Positions 46,801-54,822 of a stretch of 64,000 nucleotides of DNA are shown here, piece after piece (position 1 is the first letter of the stretch; each line of letters opens with the position of its first letter). The notes beneath the pieces are model-generated. The model was not told where the DNA came from and made no database searches. It worked only from the letters and a program-made list of their open reading frames with translations. The translations under genes and the position numbers were made by a program. The stretch lies in the NCBI GenBank assembly GCA_965204035.1, contig OZ241964.1, forward strand, positions 1,905,251-1,969,250. The letters are read 5' to 3'. This DNA comes from Thermodesulfobacteriota bacterium. Lineage in GTDB: Bacteria > Desulfobacterota_D > UBA1144 > Nemesobacterales > Nemesobacteraceae.

Positions 46801-46835
46801 GGGCGCAGCAGGAAAAAGACGACGGGGCCGGATAA
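43812..46835 (+). CDS. traG: F-type T4SS protein TraG (VirB6-like membrane N-domain + long C-terminal domain)
   Basis: About 1000 aa. Multiple N-terminal TM helices, hydrophilic Ser/Arg/Glu-rich C-terminal half. Last gene of the order H-G. Confidence 0.6.
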   Translation: MPTEGTMDGENTRAGRPGTAFALGTAALAGVLLFPETAGAQGGFQIDTYGNGQFIAEVLNSVAILAGSGLLGLIRLGLVAGILLAVLSSFFGGRTAPGHQFALSILIYMMLFGVKVDMAVYDRVTSYTRVISSVPAGVGIFAWATSGVGSGLTRVMEGAFSLPGALRYSENGLLRGAELIKRSTSFAVAEPHLANTLDSFVRECGLKSITSGLVSPDSLEKSADLFSSMGTANYRFVELHTNVALPAGAYASPQSAGDCSAAARPILAYCGEAHAGVNACLNAYYPGWTKELAEESGFVDRQTNAVDTAGFTAALRESYRELAGVSMSAKDIIIQNALINSYSRSIKSLAVAGGSEASLLSLSIAEARARQKNSFLVLGEMARHTLPYIRGLLQGMLYGIFPAVIFLAMTPLAARIIPAYLIAMFWTELWNPIYAIVNLFSSLKLARALGPYTDGALTVISRGSVVHESDMAMAVAGLAATIVPMIAYYVVSASQHAVVGAVQQFMGPTQSISTQTAGAHAAGNISLGNVSVATGRYDTVTANKSDVARESVTGSLTRRYDNVHEQPASSVGGMRITGEEGVRFAAREELADTMRNMEASREAVTDSAAAASVRMVGASRAATDERGYSEALGLSSATGEKKDLATVLETAENLQRRFGLSRQESLKMSWDTAMVYETGARAGASAGLAGGGPGRASVGAGIKARGARKTDTSAAERYEEAREFASSSNSRVNFSTAFSELESTLTSREARESLQFTARDSEEARAELRSARSSLQDYSSQRERARAYSEVLSGESSFGAGLEREYTQAVFADMRGQGHSDSYVARGLTDLRDGRYDTGEAEAVSGSIHRVTGLSELVGAGRGTRESVAAMPAEGYGLGNVRRFEVDAEQSFGEYRKSAAGAGGAGVTQTQSSIEEDSAAIREQVSRARERARGKIETGGTKTAENLGAGRDEIFEGGESLQRSTEGVRKRLDNARSESVSREQGMSEIRKSIESSRAQQEKDDGAG

Positions 46836-46856
46836 TACGACTTGGGAACATTGTTT

Positions 46857-46925
46857 TCTATAAAAACGCGAGTATAATTTCTATAAAAACGCGGGTGCGA
46901 TTTTTGCAAAAACGCGGATACGGAA
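46857..46925. repeat. three imperfect ~23-bp direct repeats sharing AAAAACGCG (ttctataaaaacgcgagtataat / ttctataaaaacgcgggtgcgat / ttttgcaaaaacgcggatacgg)
   Basis: Seen directly, immediately after the traG stop. Confidence 0.6.
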
Positions 46926-46950
46926 ATAACAATACAGCGAGTTTAGGATC

Positions 46951-48189
46951 ATGTCACGTTCTTATGTCCGCTGGCAGCGGAACACTTTGGAAAAAGCTCT
47001 CGAAACGCGCCGCGTGCTGTTGCTCTGCGGAGCGCGGCAATGCGGCAAGACTACTCTTGCCAAGGAACTGGTTTCACATGATGTAGCCTACCGCACTTTA
47101 GATGATCCGGCCGTACGGCAGATTGCCGAAACCGACCCCCGAGGTTTTGTCAGGCACTCGGGAAAAACCCTCATTATCGACGAGATCCAGCGTGCTCCCG
47201 ATCTGCTTTCCGCGATCAAGATAAATGTAGATGAAGATACAAGGCCCGGACAATACCTGCTGACAGGTTCGGCCGACATACAGTCTTCCCCGGGGGTGCG
47301 GGAATCTCTCGCCGGACGTATAAGAAAGGTACGGCTGCGTCCGCTCACGCAGGGAGAGATTTTGGGGGTGGTTCCAGACTTCCTTGACCGGGCTTTCGGA
47401 CAGGACTTCGGGCATCCCGACCGCGCTTACGGTCGTGACGCCATGCTGGACATCTCTTTTGGGGGCGGCTTCCCGGAAGCTATTCTGCTTGGGGACGCAG
47501 AACGAAGACTATGGCATCGGGACTATGTGGACGCGATTCTTGAGCGCGACCTGAGGGATCTCGGGCGTATCCAGCGACGCGATGCCATGAGCGAACTGAT
47601 ATATGCCCTGGCAGCATGGTCGGGCAAATTCATGGACATCTCATCCATAGCCGCCGGACTTTCCATCGTCCGCTCCACGGTCGAGACATATATAAACGCC
47701 TTGGAAACCCTGTATGTGGTCGAGCGCATAAGGCCGTGGAAACGCACGGACTACGCGCGGGCGGGGAAACGCCCCAAGCTGTTTATGACCGATTCGGGAC
47801 TTATGTCTTCGATTCTCGACTGGGACAGGCAGCAGGTTCGCATGGACGCGGACCGCTCGGGCAAACTGATTGAAACCTTCATGTTCAACGAAATAGCCGC
47901 CCAGGCAGACGCCAATGCCGGAAAATACAGCCTGTTTCATTACCGTGACCGCGAAAAGCGCGAGATTGACTTCCTGATCGAAAGGGAGGACTCGGCGCTA
48001 CTCGGGATTGAGATCAAGGCGGGCTCGGCCATCGGAACGAGCGATTTCAGAAGCCTCAGCTGGTTTAAGAAAAACATCGCGCGCGACAGAAAATTTACCG
48101 GGGTCGTACTCTATTCGGGAGAACTCGCGGGTTCCATGGGTGACGGGCTGTGGGCCGTTCCTTTCGGAACGGTCTGGAACCGGTCGTAA
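46951..48189 (+). CDS. AAA+ ATPase of the DUF4143-containing (COG1373-like) family
   Basis: Walker A LLCGARQCGKTTLAKE; Walker B-like TLIIDEIQRAPD. About 410 aa, typical architecture. Confidence 0.55.
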   Translation: MSRSYVRWQRNTLEKALETRRVLLLCGARQCGKTTLAKELVSHDVAYRTLDDPAVRQIAETDPRGFVRHSGKTLIIDEIQRAPDLLSAIKINVDEDTRPGQYLLTGSADIQSSPGVRESLAGRIRKVRLRPLTQGEILGVVPDFLDRAFGQDFGHPDRAYGRDAMLDISFGGGFPEAILLGDAERRLWHRDYVDAILERDLRDLGRIQRRDAMSELIYALAAWSGKFMDISSIAAGLSIVRSTVETYINALETLYVVERIRPWKRTDYARAGKRPKLFMTDSGLMSSILDWDRQQVRMDADRSGKLIETFMFNEIAAQADANAGKYSLFHYRDREKREIDFLIEREDSALLGIEIKAGSAIGTSDFRSLSWFKKNIARDRKFTGVVLYSGELAGSMGDGLWAVPFGTVWNRS

Positions 48190-48625
48190 GCCGGCTGGCT
48201 CACCTTGAAAGAGTAAAATGCATGGCGGCCTGTCGTACAAAACTTCTCTTGCCGCTTGGTAAGAAACATGAAATTCCGTTATCCTTGCAAATTGTGCATA
48301 TGATTGCTTGATTTGCAAGGATAAGCCGCTTGAATCAATTGGGAATTATATACAATAGTGCCGAAAGTCCTTAATCCTCAGTCCTTCTTAAAGCGATGTG
48401 CCTTGTGCTCGGATACATCCTTCCTTTGAACATTTACAGGCTGGACTATCGCCTTAGCCAATTCCTCTGGGGTAGCATCAATAGAAAACTCTTCATTCAT
48501 TTCTGCCACCGTTGGTTCATAGTCGCTTGGCAGAATCTCTATATCGTCTTTCTCTGGCTCTTCGCTCAACTGATCACCCCTCGGACTTTTCGGATAGTGA
48601 ATACTACCCTATTTTGACGCTGAAA

Positions 48626-49205
48626 TCAACGCTGTTCCCTCCTGCAATAAGCTCGCTCCTCTCTAGGCACAGAATTTATAACCTCCCCATACTGATACAC
48701 CAATGAAGGTCTTGCTTCAATTGCATATTGACTATGGATTATGTCACGGAAAACATCATGGGGAAGGTCGAGAATTGTGTCATAAAGCCCTAATTCCTGT
48801 TGTATCTCCCTCCCACTGACAACAGTGGAACAGGTAACAATTCCAGGGTAGGTGTCAAGACGTAAGCACAGTCTCCCATGAGAAACTACCCAGTGTCCCG
48901 CAACATCAGGCGGCCGAGTCCCGACCTCACAAGCTTCCCAAACCGCTTCTGCTGCCTCTGCTATTTCTTCATGGTCAATTGTTCCTGTAAAAGTTCCATC
49001 GGGGTTGTAATCGTTGGTCTCTCCTTCACAAGACCAGTAGTCATCTCCTCTTGTAATGAGAAACTCGGGATGTTCCCCGGACGGTAACGGTTCAGTATGG
49101 GTCAATGTAGGGTCAGAACAGTCTGTCTCTAGATCACCTCCATCACCGCCCCCACAACCAGCAACAAAAATCAATACTACGAATAAAGACAGAATCGTCC
49201 TCATG
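48626..49205 (-). CDS. lipoprotein (passenger of the IS-bounded element)
   Basis: MRTILSLFVVLIFVAGCGGGDGG lipobox. The longer listed ORF upstream is probably not translated. Confidence 0.35.
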
Positions 49206-49458
49206 ACAAAACCTCCTAAGCTTGGTTTTAGCCTGGACGCAAGGCACCGGGCCTTGCTTACAACCAAAGAGACTTTGGACGTTCTGCTTCTTTGCCGGAT
49301 GGCTATTGTATCCACAGAGACCCGGCAGAGCGGGTTCTCTTCGGTTGTAAGCAATTCTGACTATATCACAACGAGGCGGGATAATCTATGAGAATTTCAA
49401 TCTTGAGAAACACTGACTGCCGGGTACAATTCCCGCCAACCAAAATTAGGAGAGTGCT

Positions 49459-50034
49459 ATGGCAAACGGGAATCTAGAAAAACCTAAATGCGTTTATGGA
49501 ATATTCACAGCAGAGATTGTGCCGAACACCGTGGAGAGTTTAATTCAGACGTTATCAAAAATAGCGCAAGAGAATATTCCTGAAGTATACCTTGCACTTT
49601 CAACGCCTGGCGGAAATGTTGCCCAAGGTATTACTCTCTACAATTTCCTTCTAGGAACACCTTTTAAGCTTACCATTCACAACATAGGCAATGTTGATTC
49701 GATCGGAAATGCAGTCTTCCTTGCAGCTGACGAAAGATTTGCATGCGCACGCTCAACCTTTATGTTTCACGGCGTAGGATTTGACCGGGAAGCGGGACGG
49801 TTTGAAGAAAAGCAGTTGCGGGAAATGTTAGACGGAATCAGCGCAGACCAAAGGCGTATCGGAGACATCATCACCGAACGCACCGGTATCCCTCAAAATG
49901 AAGTGGATGGATTCTTCCGAGAAGCTCAAACCAAAACGGCGGAATTCGCTTGCGATAGGGGCATAGTTAACGATATCCGAGAGTTTAATTTGCCCGGTGG
50001 CGTACCCGTATTCTCGTTTGTATTCAAGCGATAA
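49459..50034 (+). CDS. ClpP-like (S14 / 'SDH family Clp-fold') serine protease, 191 aa
   Basis: STPGGNVAQGITLYNFL (cf. ClpP INSPGG.V.AGLAIYD), NVDSIGNAVFLAAD (Ser nucleophile region), MFHGV (His). RBS aggagagtgctATG. Confidence 0.55.
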   Translation: MANGNLEKPKCVYGIFTAEIVPNTVESLIQTLSKIAQENIPEVYLALSTPGGNVAQGITLYNFLLGTPFKLTIHNIGNVDSIGNAVFLAADERFACARSTFMFHGVGFDREAGRFEEKQLREMLDGISADQRRIGDIITERTGIPQNEVDGFFREAQTKTAEFACDRGIVNDIREFNLPGGVPVFSFVFKR

Positions 50035-50197
50035 TGCATCAGGAATCGCTTTTCTTATAAAAACTAAATTCATTTTCGACCTCACCCAACTATGATTGTA
50101 CTGGCCTGTCAATACGATTGCAAGTTTTTGTCACTCTTGATTACCATTGTTCATCAAATCATCCACTCACTTTCGGGTGGCATTCCTCTAGAAACTA

Positions 50198-51172
50198 TCA
50201 AAGGGGATATTTGTTGTCAACTTTATCGTTTGTAATCAGATCCTTATACTTAAGCCTTTTCCCCACAATGCCCTTCGCAAGGAATGCCATCTGGTCTACC
50301 GTGTCCATCTCTCGGACATTGTGGCGACCTGCGAACTCCGTAACGTAACGCTCCAAGTGCTTCGGAGAGATGCGATGGTAGGTTCCGTAATAACCTCTCT
50401 TTAGTTGAGCCCAGAAGGACTCCACGCCGTTTGTGTGTGCCATATCACGGACATACTCTCCTACGCTGTGATTTACGCTTTCATGCTCGAAGGGAAGCCC
50501 GATATAGCTTCTGTGATCGTCCGTGTAAACCATCGCTTTCTGGGAGACATTCGCACTGATAAATCCTTGCAACTCTTCCTTTGTCCTTTCAGGAACAGGC
50601 TTGGCTACCACCTTGTTGGTTTTCCTGTCTTTCATTCCCACTACTACAGTCTTTCCCGAAGGACCCCGAGTGAAGCTACGCTTGTCCGCATGTTTGTTTT
50701 TCTCTTTGCCGCCTATGAAAGTTTCGTCTACTTCTACAGGACCGGTAAAGTCTTCTGACTCGCCTTTCCACGATTCCCTGATACGATGTGCTAAATGCCA
50801 AGCAGACTTCTGCGTGATCTCCAAGTCTCTGTGCAGCTTCATGCTGGATACTCCCTTGAGGGAAGTGGTAACAAGGTAAGTAGCTATCGCCCAAGTCTGG
50901 TATCCAAGATTGGACGCTTCCATGACAGTGCCAGTTCTGACGCTGAATCGTTTGGCGCATTCCTTTTCACGGCAACGATAGGGCATAGTCTTGTGCTTTG
51001 CTCCCGATTGAACATTCGTAGACCCGCAATGCGGGCAAGCGGGTTTTCCTTCCCATCTTTGCTCCGCAAACCATTTCTCCGCAGTCTTGTCGTCGGGGAA
51101 CATCCTGAACAGTTTTGGTAAACTGATTCCTTTTCTGAACGCCTTGCCTGGTGCTTTCTGTTTCTTGCTCAT
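50198..51172 (-). CDS. IS1595-family (ISXO2-like) DDE transposase
   Basis: N-terminal zinc-ribbon KPACPHCGSTN...YRCREKEC; DDE core (MVYTDDHRSY, ...GVESFWAQLKRGYYGTYH) typical of IS1595. Confidence 0.7.
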   Translation of the reverse strand: MSKKQKAPGKAFRKGISLPKLFRMFPDDKTAEKWFAEQRWEGKPACPHCGSTNVQSGAKHKTMPYRCREKECAKRFSVRTGTVMEASNLGYQTWAIATYLVTTSLKGVSSMKLHRDLEITQKSAWHLAHRIRESWKGESEDFTGPVEVDETFIGGKEKNKHADKRSFTRGPSGKTVVVGMKDRKTNKVVAKPVPERTKEELQGFISANVSQKAMVYTDDHRSYIGLPFEHESVNHSVGEYVRDMAHTNGVESFWAQLKRGYYGTYHRISPKHLERYVTEFAGRHNVREMDTVDQMAFLAKGIVGKRLKYKDLITNDKVDNKYPL

Positions 51173-51530
51173 TTTTAGTCTCCTCATTCTGAGTAAGAAT
51201 ATCAAGGGTTTAGAGTCACCTCATGGCAGTTTTTTGACATTCGACAATCAGTTCCGCAGCATAGCCGGAGGAAAAGTCACCCGTCAAGGCTTTTGCACTG
51301 TGTTTTGTGGGGGAAATGGAGGGAAGTTTGGCTAGTTAGATATAATCGGCACTATTGTATATAATTCCCAATCAATTACCTTGCCACCGTATCAAAGTCC
51401 GGCAAGACAAGAAAAACCGATTTGTCGGATTAGTGGCGCCTTAGAGGTTCGTCGGTTCCCCGAAATTTCGGCCTGCTAGCCTAATCTCTCACGCTCCACG
51501 AAGAGAAAGAAGCCTATTTGCTCCAGTCAT

Positions 51531-51596
51531 CTAGGCGTAACCAGCCGCACGCTTGAATTCCCGGGTGTTATTGGTGTCCAGCACGTACCTGAGCAT
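51531..51596 (-). pseudogene. vapC: vapC (PIN toxin) remnant: 21 codons MLRYVLDTNNTREFKRAAGYA then stop
   Basis: Start overlaps the vapB stop (TGATG). MLRYVLDTN is the canonical VapC N-terminus (MLKYMLDTN...); it ends about 150 bp before the IS-element inverted repeat. Confidence 0.45.
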
Positions 51597-51826
51597 CAGA
51601 AAGGTTCCCTCTCCTGATTCCCGGTCTGATCGCGCTCATTCATGAAGTCATCCGTAACACCCTCCCCCTCAAACCAACTGTCCCATGCCTCTCCTGCCGG
51701 AGTGATCAAGCGGGAACGTCCGAGACGGATAATATCCACTTCCTTTACGGTATCCGGCAAGGAAACCGGCTTGGGAAGCCGCACCGCTTGGCTTTTATTG
51801 TGCTTAAAGACTTTTACCCTTTCCAT
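51596..51826 (-). CDS. vapB: VapB-like antitoxin (SpoVT/AbrB fold)
   Basis: MERVKVFKHNKSQAVRLPKPVSLPDTVKEVDIIRLGRSRLITPAGEAWDSWFEG matches the VapB pattern (taKlFkng.SQAVRLPKefrf.g.eV.I.r.Gd.lil.P....W..f). Confidence 0.6.
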   Translation of the reverse strand: MERVKVFKHNKSQAVRLPKPVSLPDTVKEVDIIRLGRSRLITPAGEAWDSWFEGEGVTDDFMNERDQTGNQEREPF

Positions 51827-51990
51827 CTCTCTATCTCCAAACAAGAACATACTTAATATATGTACATCGTAGCCGACCGCAGTGATATGCCAAGGGCACA
51901 TGCGCGCCTTTCGCGCAACGAAACCATCGGAAATCCGGCGACTGTGAAAATTCTAAAAAGACGGTTATCCCTAGGCGGGGCGAAGGCCGC

Positions 51991-53451
51991 TCAGGAGCCG
52001 TGATATATCGAGAGAAAAGCGGTGTAGGTAAAACCGAACTGCATAAGCAGCAAAAAGGGAACCCAGATGAAAAATCCCATATAAAGAACGTACGCCACCT
52101 GGACCGTGAAGAAAACCGAGAGGATGACCTCTAAAAAGGTGGTAACCCCTTTTGAGGAAACGTATGCCGAGGTTCTCCACCGATCGTTGCTGCCCACGAC
52201 GGCGTACTTGGGCGTTCTCGCAAAACCCGATGTCCTGCCCAGAACCGCCTCAAGCACTGCCTTGGCGTTGTTGACGCCTATGCCGGCCCCGACGCTCAGC
52301 GCAACGGGGATGTACTTGTAGAACTCCCGCGCCCGGGGGCCGTGGGCCTCGCGGACGGCCAGTATGTAGAACCTTATTATGGCGAAAGTGCCTAGCGCCA
52401 CCCCCGTGACGCTCGCTATGAAAAGGTCGTTAAGCCAGATCCGCTCCCAGAGGAAATTCATGGGTATTATGAGAATTATCGTGGCGAGCAGGAACAGGTA
52501 GCTGAAATTGCCGAGGAGGTGAAACACGCTCTCGGCCTTGACCTTAAACGGAATCCGGGGGTCGCCAAGCACCGAGGGCAAAAGCTTCCCCGCCGTCTGG
52601 ATCCCTCCCTTAACCCACCTGTGCTGCTGTATCTTAAAGGCGTTCATGTCAACGGGAAGCTCGGCGTCCGATATGACGTCGGGCAGGTAGACCGCGCGCC
52701 ACCCGTTTATCTGCGCCCTGTAGCTCAGATCAAGATCCTCGGTCAGGGTATCGTGCTGCCACCCTCCGCTCTGCTCTATGCACTTCTTGCGGATCACCCC
52801 GGCGGTGCCGTTGAAGTTAAGAAAGAGTCCGTTTGAATGCCGGGCGGCCTGCTCCACGACGAAATGTCCGTCAAGAAGCACCGACTGGGCCCTGGTCAGA
52901 AGGGAGTAGTCGCGGTTAAGATGCCCCCATCTCGTCTGCACTATTCCGACCTCCGGGTCCTCGAAGCACGGCACGGTCTTTCGGAGAAAATCCCTCGGGG
53001 GAACGAAATCCGCGTCGAAAACCGCGATAAGCTCCCCGCTTGCGCGCGCGCAGCCCGCGGCAAGCGCCCCCGCCTTGTACCCCTCGCGGTCCCCCCTCCG
53101 GACGTGCTTTATATCAAACCCCGCGCCGCGGAGTTCCTCGGTGCAGCGCGCCGCTATGCGGCTCGTGTCGTCCGTTGAGTCGTCAAGAACCTGCACCTCG
53201 AGCAGACCCCTCGGGTAGTCAATCGCGCAGACCGCGCGGATAAGCCTCTCGGTGACGTACATCTCGTTATAGACGGGAAGCTGCACCGTGACGGGCGGAA
53301 GGGGGCCCTGTCCCCGCGGGGCCGAGGCGCGGCGCGCCTTCGTCCTCGAGTAAAGATGCACTAGGTAGTAACGGTGAAGCCCGAATATGCAGAGAAAAAC
53401 GGAGGAGATGACGTAAAGCAGGGTGCAGAAGTACTTTATAAGCTCAAACAA
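51991..53451 (-). CDS. family-2 glycosyltransferase, processive cellulose-synthase-like (QxxRW)
   Basis: LPVYNE...VLDDSTDDT...FDADF...TEDLDL...QQHRWVKG plus N- and C-terminal TM helices. Confidence 0.6.
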   Translation of the reverse strand: MFELIKYFCTLLYVISSVFLCIFGLHRYYLVHLYSRTKARRASAPRGQGPLPPVTVQLPVYNEMYVTERLIRAVCAIDYPRGLLEVQVLDDSTDDTSRIAARCTEELRGAGFDIKHVRRGDREGYKAGALAAGCARASGELIAVFDADFVPPRDFLRKTVPCFEDPEVGIVQTRWGHLNRDYSLLTRAQSVLLDGHFVVEQAARHSNGLFLNFNGTAGVIRKKCIEQSGGWQHDTLTEDLDLSYRAQINGWRAVYLPDVISDAELPVDMNAFKIQQHRWVKGGIQTAGKLLPSVLGDPRIPFKVKAESVFHLLGNFSYLFLLATIILIIPMNFLWERIWLNDLFIASVTGVALGTFAIIRFYILAVREAHGPRAREFYKYIPVALSVGAGIGVNNAKAVLEAVLGRTSGFARTPKYAVVGSNDRWRTSAYVSSKGVTTFLEVILSVFFTVQVAYVLYMGFFIWVPFLLLMQFGFTYTAFLSIYHGS

Positions 53452-53488
53452 CTATCAAAACCTCTTGTCTCTGAAGACCCTGTCGTCC

Positions 53489-54655
53489 CTACGGCTTGAA
53501 CTTCGCTATCCTCTCGGCCGCCTGCTCTATCCTCTGCGTGTCAAACGTCACCGACACCCTGGCGTACCCCTCTCCGCAGTCCCCGAAACCGTTTCCGGGA
53601 GTGACCACCACTCCGGCTTCAGAAAGCATCCTCGCGCAGAACTCTGAAGAGCTTATCCCCTCGGGAACCTCGAACCACACGTAGAAGGTGGCGTCGGGCT
53701 GCGTATAACTTATGCCGGCTTCTTCGAGGCCGCGGCAGAATATCTCGAGGCGCTCCCTGTAGACCTCTTTTCTCTCCTCAAGTCCGACGGAGCTGTTGCG
53801 AAGGGCCGTTATGCCCGCCTCCTGGACCGCCTGGAAAACCCCCGAGTCTATGTTCGTCTTTATCTTCCCGAGACCCGCTATCGCCCTCTCGTTTCCCGCG
53901 GCGAACGCCAGGCGCCACCCGGTCATGCTGAAGGTCTTTGAAAGCGAGTGAAACTCGATTCCCACGTCCATCGCTCCCGGTATCTCGAGGAAGCTAAGGG
54001 GGTTTTTTCCGTAAAACGCTATCTCCGTGTAGGCGGCGTCGTGGCAGATGAGTATCTCGTTTTCCCGGGCGAAATCGACCACTTCCCTGAAGAACCCCTC
54101 GTTGGCGAGAACCGTCGTCGGATTGTTCGGATAGTTAAGAAACATCATGACGGCCCGCCCGGCCACCTCCGCGGGAATGGCGTCAAGGTCCGGAAGAAAA
54201 TCGTTTTCCTTAAGAAGCGGCATCGCGTAGGGAACCCCTCCGGCAAACGTGACCGAAACCGGGTACACGGGGTATCCGGGGTCCGGCACGAGCGCCACGT
54301 CCCCCGGGTCAACAAACGCTAAAGGAGCGTGGGCCACACCTTCCTTTGAGCCTATGAGGGTCACTACCTGTTTTGCGGGGTCGAGGCTTACCCCGAAGCG
54401 CTCTGCGTACCACTCGGCAGCCGCTTCCCGAAAAGACGGCATGCCCACGTAGGAGGGGTAGCGGTGGTGCTCCGGATTCCCGGCCGCCTCGCGAAGCGAC
54501 TCCACTATGTGGTCCGGCGTCGGTATGTCCGGGTCGCCCACCCCGAGGTCGATCACGTCGACCCCCTTGTCGATCAGCTCGTTTTTTTTCCTGTCGATCT
54601 CGGCGAAAAGGTATGGAGGAAGCTGCTCGATTCTCTCCGCCCACTTGATTTTCAT
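53489..54655 (-). CDS. class-I/II PLP aminotransferase, LL-diaminopimelate aminotransferase (DapL)-like
   Basis: N-terminus RIEQLPPYLFAEIDRKKNELIDKGVDVIDLGVGDPDIPTP resembles DapL. PLP-lysine region SLSKTFSMTGWRLAF. Confidence 0.55.
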   Translation of the reverse strand: MKIKWAERIEQLPPYLFAEIDRKKNELIDKGVDVIDLGVGDPDIPTPDHIVESLREAAGNPEHHRYPSYVGMPSFREAAAEWYAERFGVSLDPAKQVVTLIGSKEGVAHAPLAFVDPGDVALVPDPGYPVYPVSVTFAGGVPYAMPLLKENDFLPDLDAIPAEVAGRAVMMFLNYPNNPTTVLANEGFFREVVDFARENEILICHDAAYTEIAFYGKNPLSFLEIPGAMDVGIEFHSLSKTFSMTGWRLAFAAGNERAIAGLGKIKTNIDSGVFQAVQEAGITALRNSSVGLEERKEVYRERLEIFCRGLEEAGISYTQPDATFYVWFEVPEGISSSEFCARMLSEAGVVVTPGNGFGDCGEGYARVSVTFDTQRIEQAAERIAKFKP

Positions 54656-54822
54656 TTGAAGTCCTCCCGAGGTTAGATGGGTCCAACGAAGGGTTTAGGT
54701 TAACTTGAAGAAACCATCTATTCAAGCTCGGAAGCTGCCGGTTATCCATACAGTCCCGCAAGCGCGGGGTTTGAGTGAGTTCCTAGGAAAGAACTATTGA
54801 AGCGCAGACCGCCGCAACCTGG

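Larger units (their letters stand above)
48338..51377. mobile_element. about 3-kb IS1595-family element bounded by ~28-bp imperfect inverted repeats, carrying passenger genes
   Basis: 48338-48366 caattgggaattatatacaatagtgccg is the reverse complement of 51349-51377 cggcactattgtatataattcccaatca (1-2 mismatches). The transposase lies inside next to the right IR. Confidence 0.5.
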
